A stretch of 64,000 nt of DNA from Vicinamibacterales bacterium (GTDB taxonomy: Bacteria > Acidobacteriota > Vicinamibacteria > Vicinamibacterales > UBA8438). The position numbers and the translations under genes are program-made. Location: assembly GCA_965206705.1 (NCBI GenBank), contig CBDBKJ010000004.1, positions 417,810-481,809 of the forward strand, given 5' to 3'. The notes under the pieces are model-generated. The model had not been told where the DNA came from. It made no database searches and saw nothing but the letters and a program-made list of their open reading frames with translations. Shown piece by piece: positions 63,896 through 64,000 of this stretch (position 1 is its first letter; the number at the start of each line of letters is the position of its first letter).

Positions 63896-64000
63896 ATGAC
63901 CGAGTTCGTCCATCTGCACCTGCACACCGAGTACTCGCTGCTCGACGGCGCCTGCCGCATCGGCGAGCTGCTCGACCATGCCCGAAACGCCGGTGCGCCG
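63896..64000 (+). CDS. dnaE: DNA polymerase III alpha subunit, N-terminal PHP domain (partial, runs off the right edge)
   Basis: [33 protein letters not shown]. Confidence 0.85.
   Translation, partial: MTEFVHLHLHTEYSLLDGACRIGELLDHARNAGAP

Overview
High-GC (roughly 68-70%) bacterial chromosomal segment. The taxon cannot be determined from sequence alone, although the DUF1552/DUF1592 pair and the many secreted hydrolases resemble Acidobacteriota or Gemmatimonadota-type genomes.

Layout, left to right:
- 1-1.5 kb: a decayed junction with a frameshifted AAA ATPase, an AT-rich patch and a truncated PQQ-dehydrogenase tail.
- 1.7-17 kb: a block of secreted enzymes (amidohydrolases, a VOC protein, an LPMO-like protein, cyclophilin, a TIM-barrel isomerase, an MBL hydrolase, a beta-propeller). 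It also holds four paralogs of an uncharacterized secreted family and a vapBC pair. It ends in an ArsC/Spx-like gene whose redox Cys position is an in-frame TGA followed by a SECIS-like hairpin.
- 17-21.7 kb: a translationally coupled PP2C phosphatase / LytS-like kinase / LytTR regulator module, plus a bactofilin-repeat membrane protein.
- 21.9-30.4 kb: a mobile-DNA hot spot. It contains two tandem MITE-like units, IS1380-family copy A, a disrupted DUF1552/DUF1592 pair, gene-fragment debris, tRNA-Glu, an ISKra4-family IS with a 9-bp target duplication, and a PIN remnant.
- 30.8-47.9 kb: housekeeping genes (comEA, pseudopilin, PilZ, an EBP, gcvTHP, a class IV aminotransferase, nnr, tsaE, guaB, secA, an M23 peptidase).
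- 47.9-56.4 kb: a polyphosphate cluster (CHAD protein, ParA-like ATPase, SixA-like phosphatase, ppx, ppk1) split by IS1380 copy B.
- 56.6-64 kb: a 1333-aa NtrY-like kinase, a beta-propeller protein, guaA and the start of dnaE.

No rRNA genes or CRISPR arrays were found. Many long ORFs in the track are antisense shadow ORFs typical of high-GC DNA.

Findings I rank highest:
- the candidate UxxC selenoprotein;
- the four-paralog secreted family;
- the ParA-containing polyphosphate cluster;
- a 29-nt IS-internal fragment embedded in a neighbouring gene;
- IS insertions placed exactly on TAG stop codons;
- an A8 tract that splits the ISKra4 transposase.
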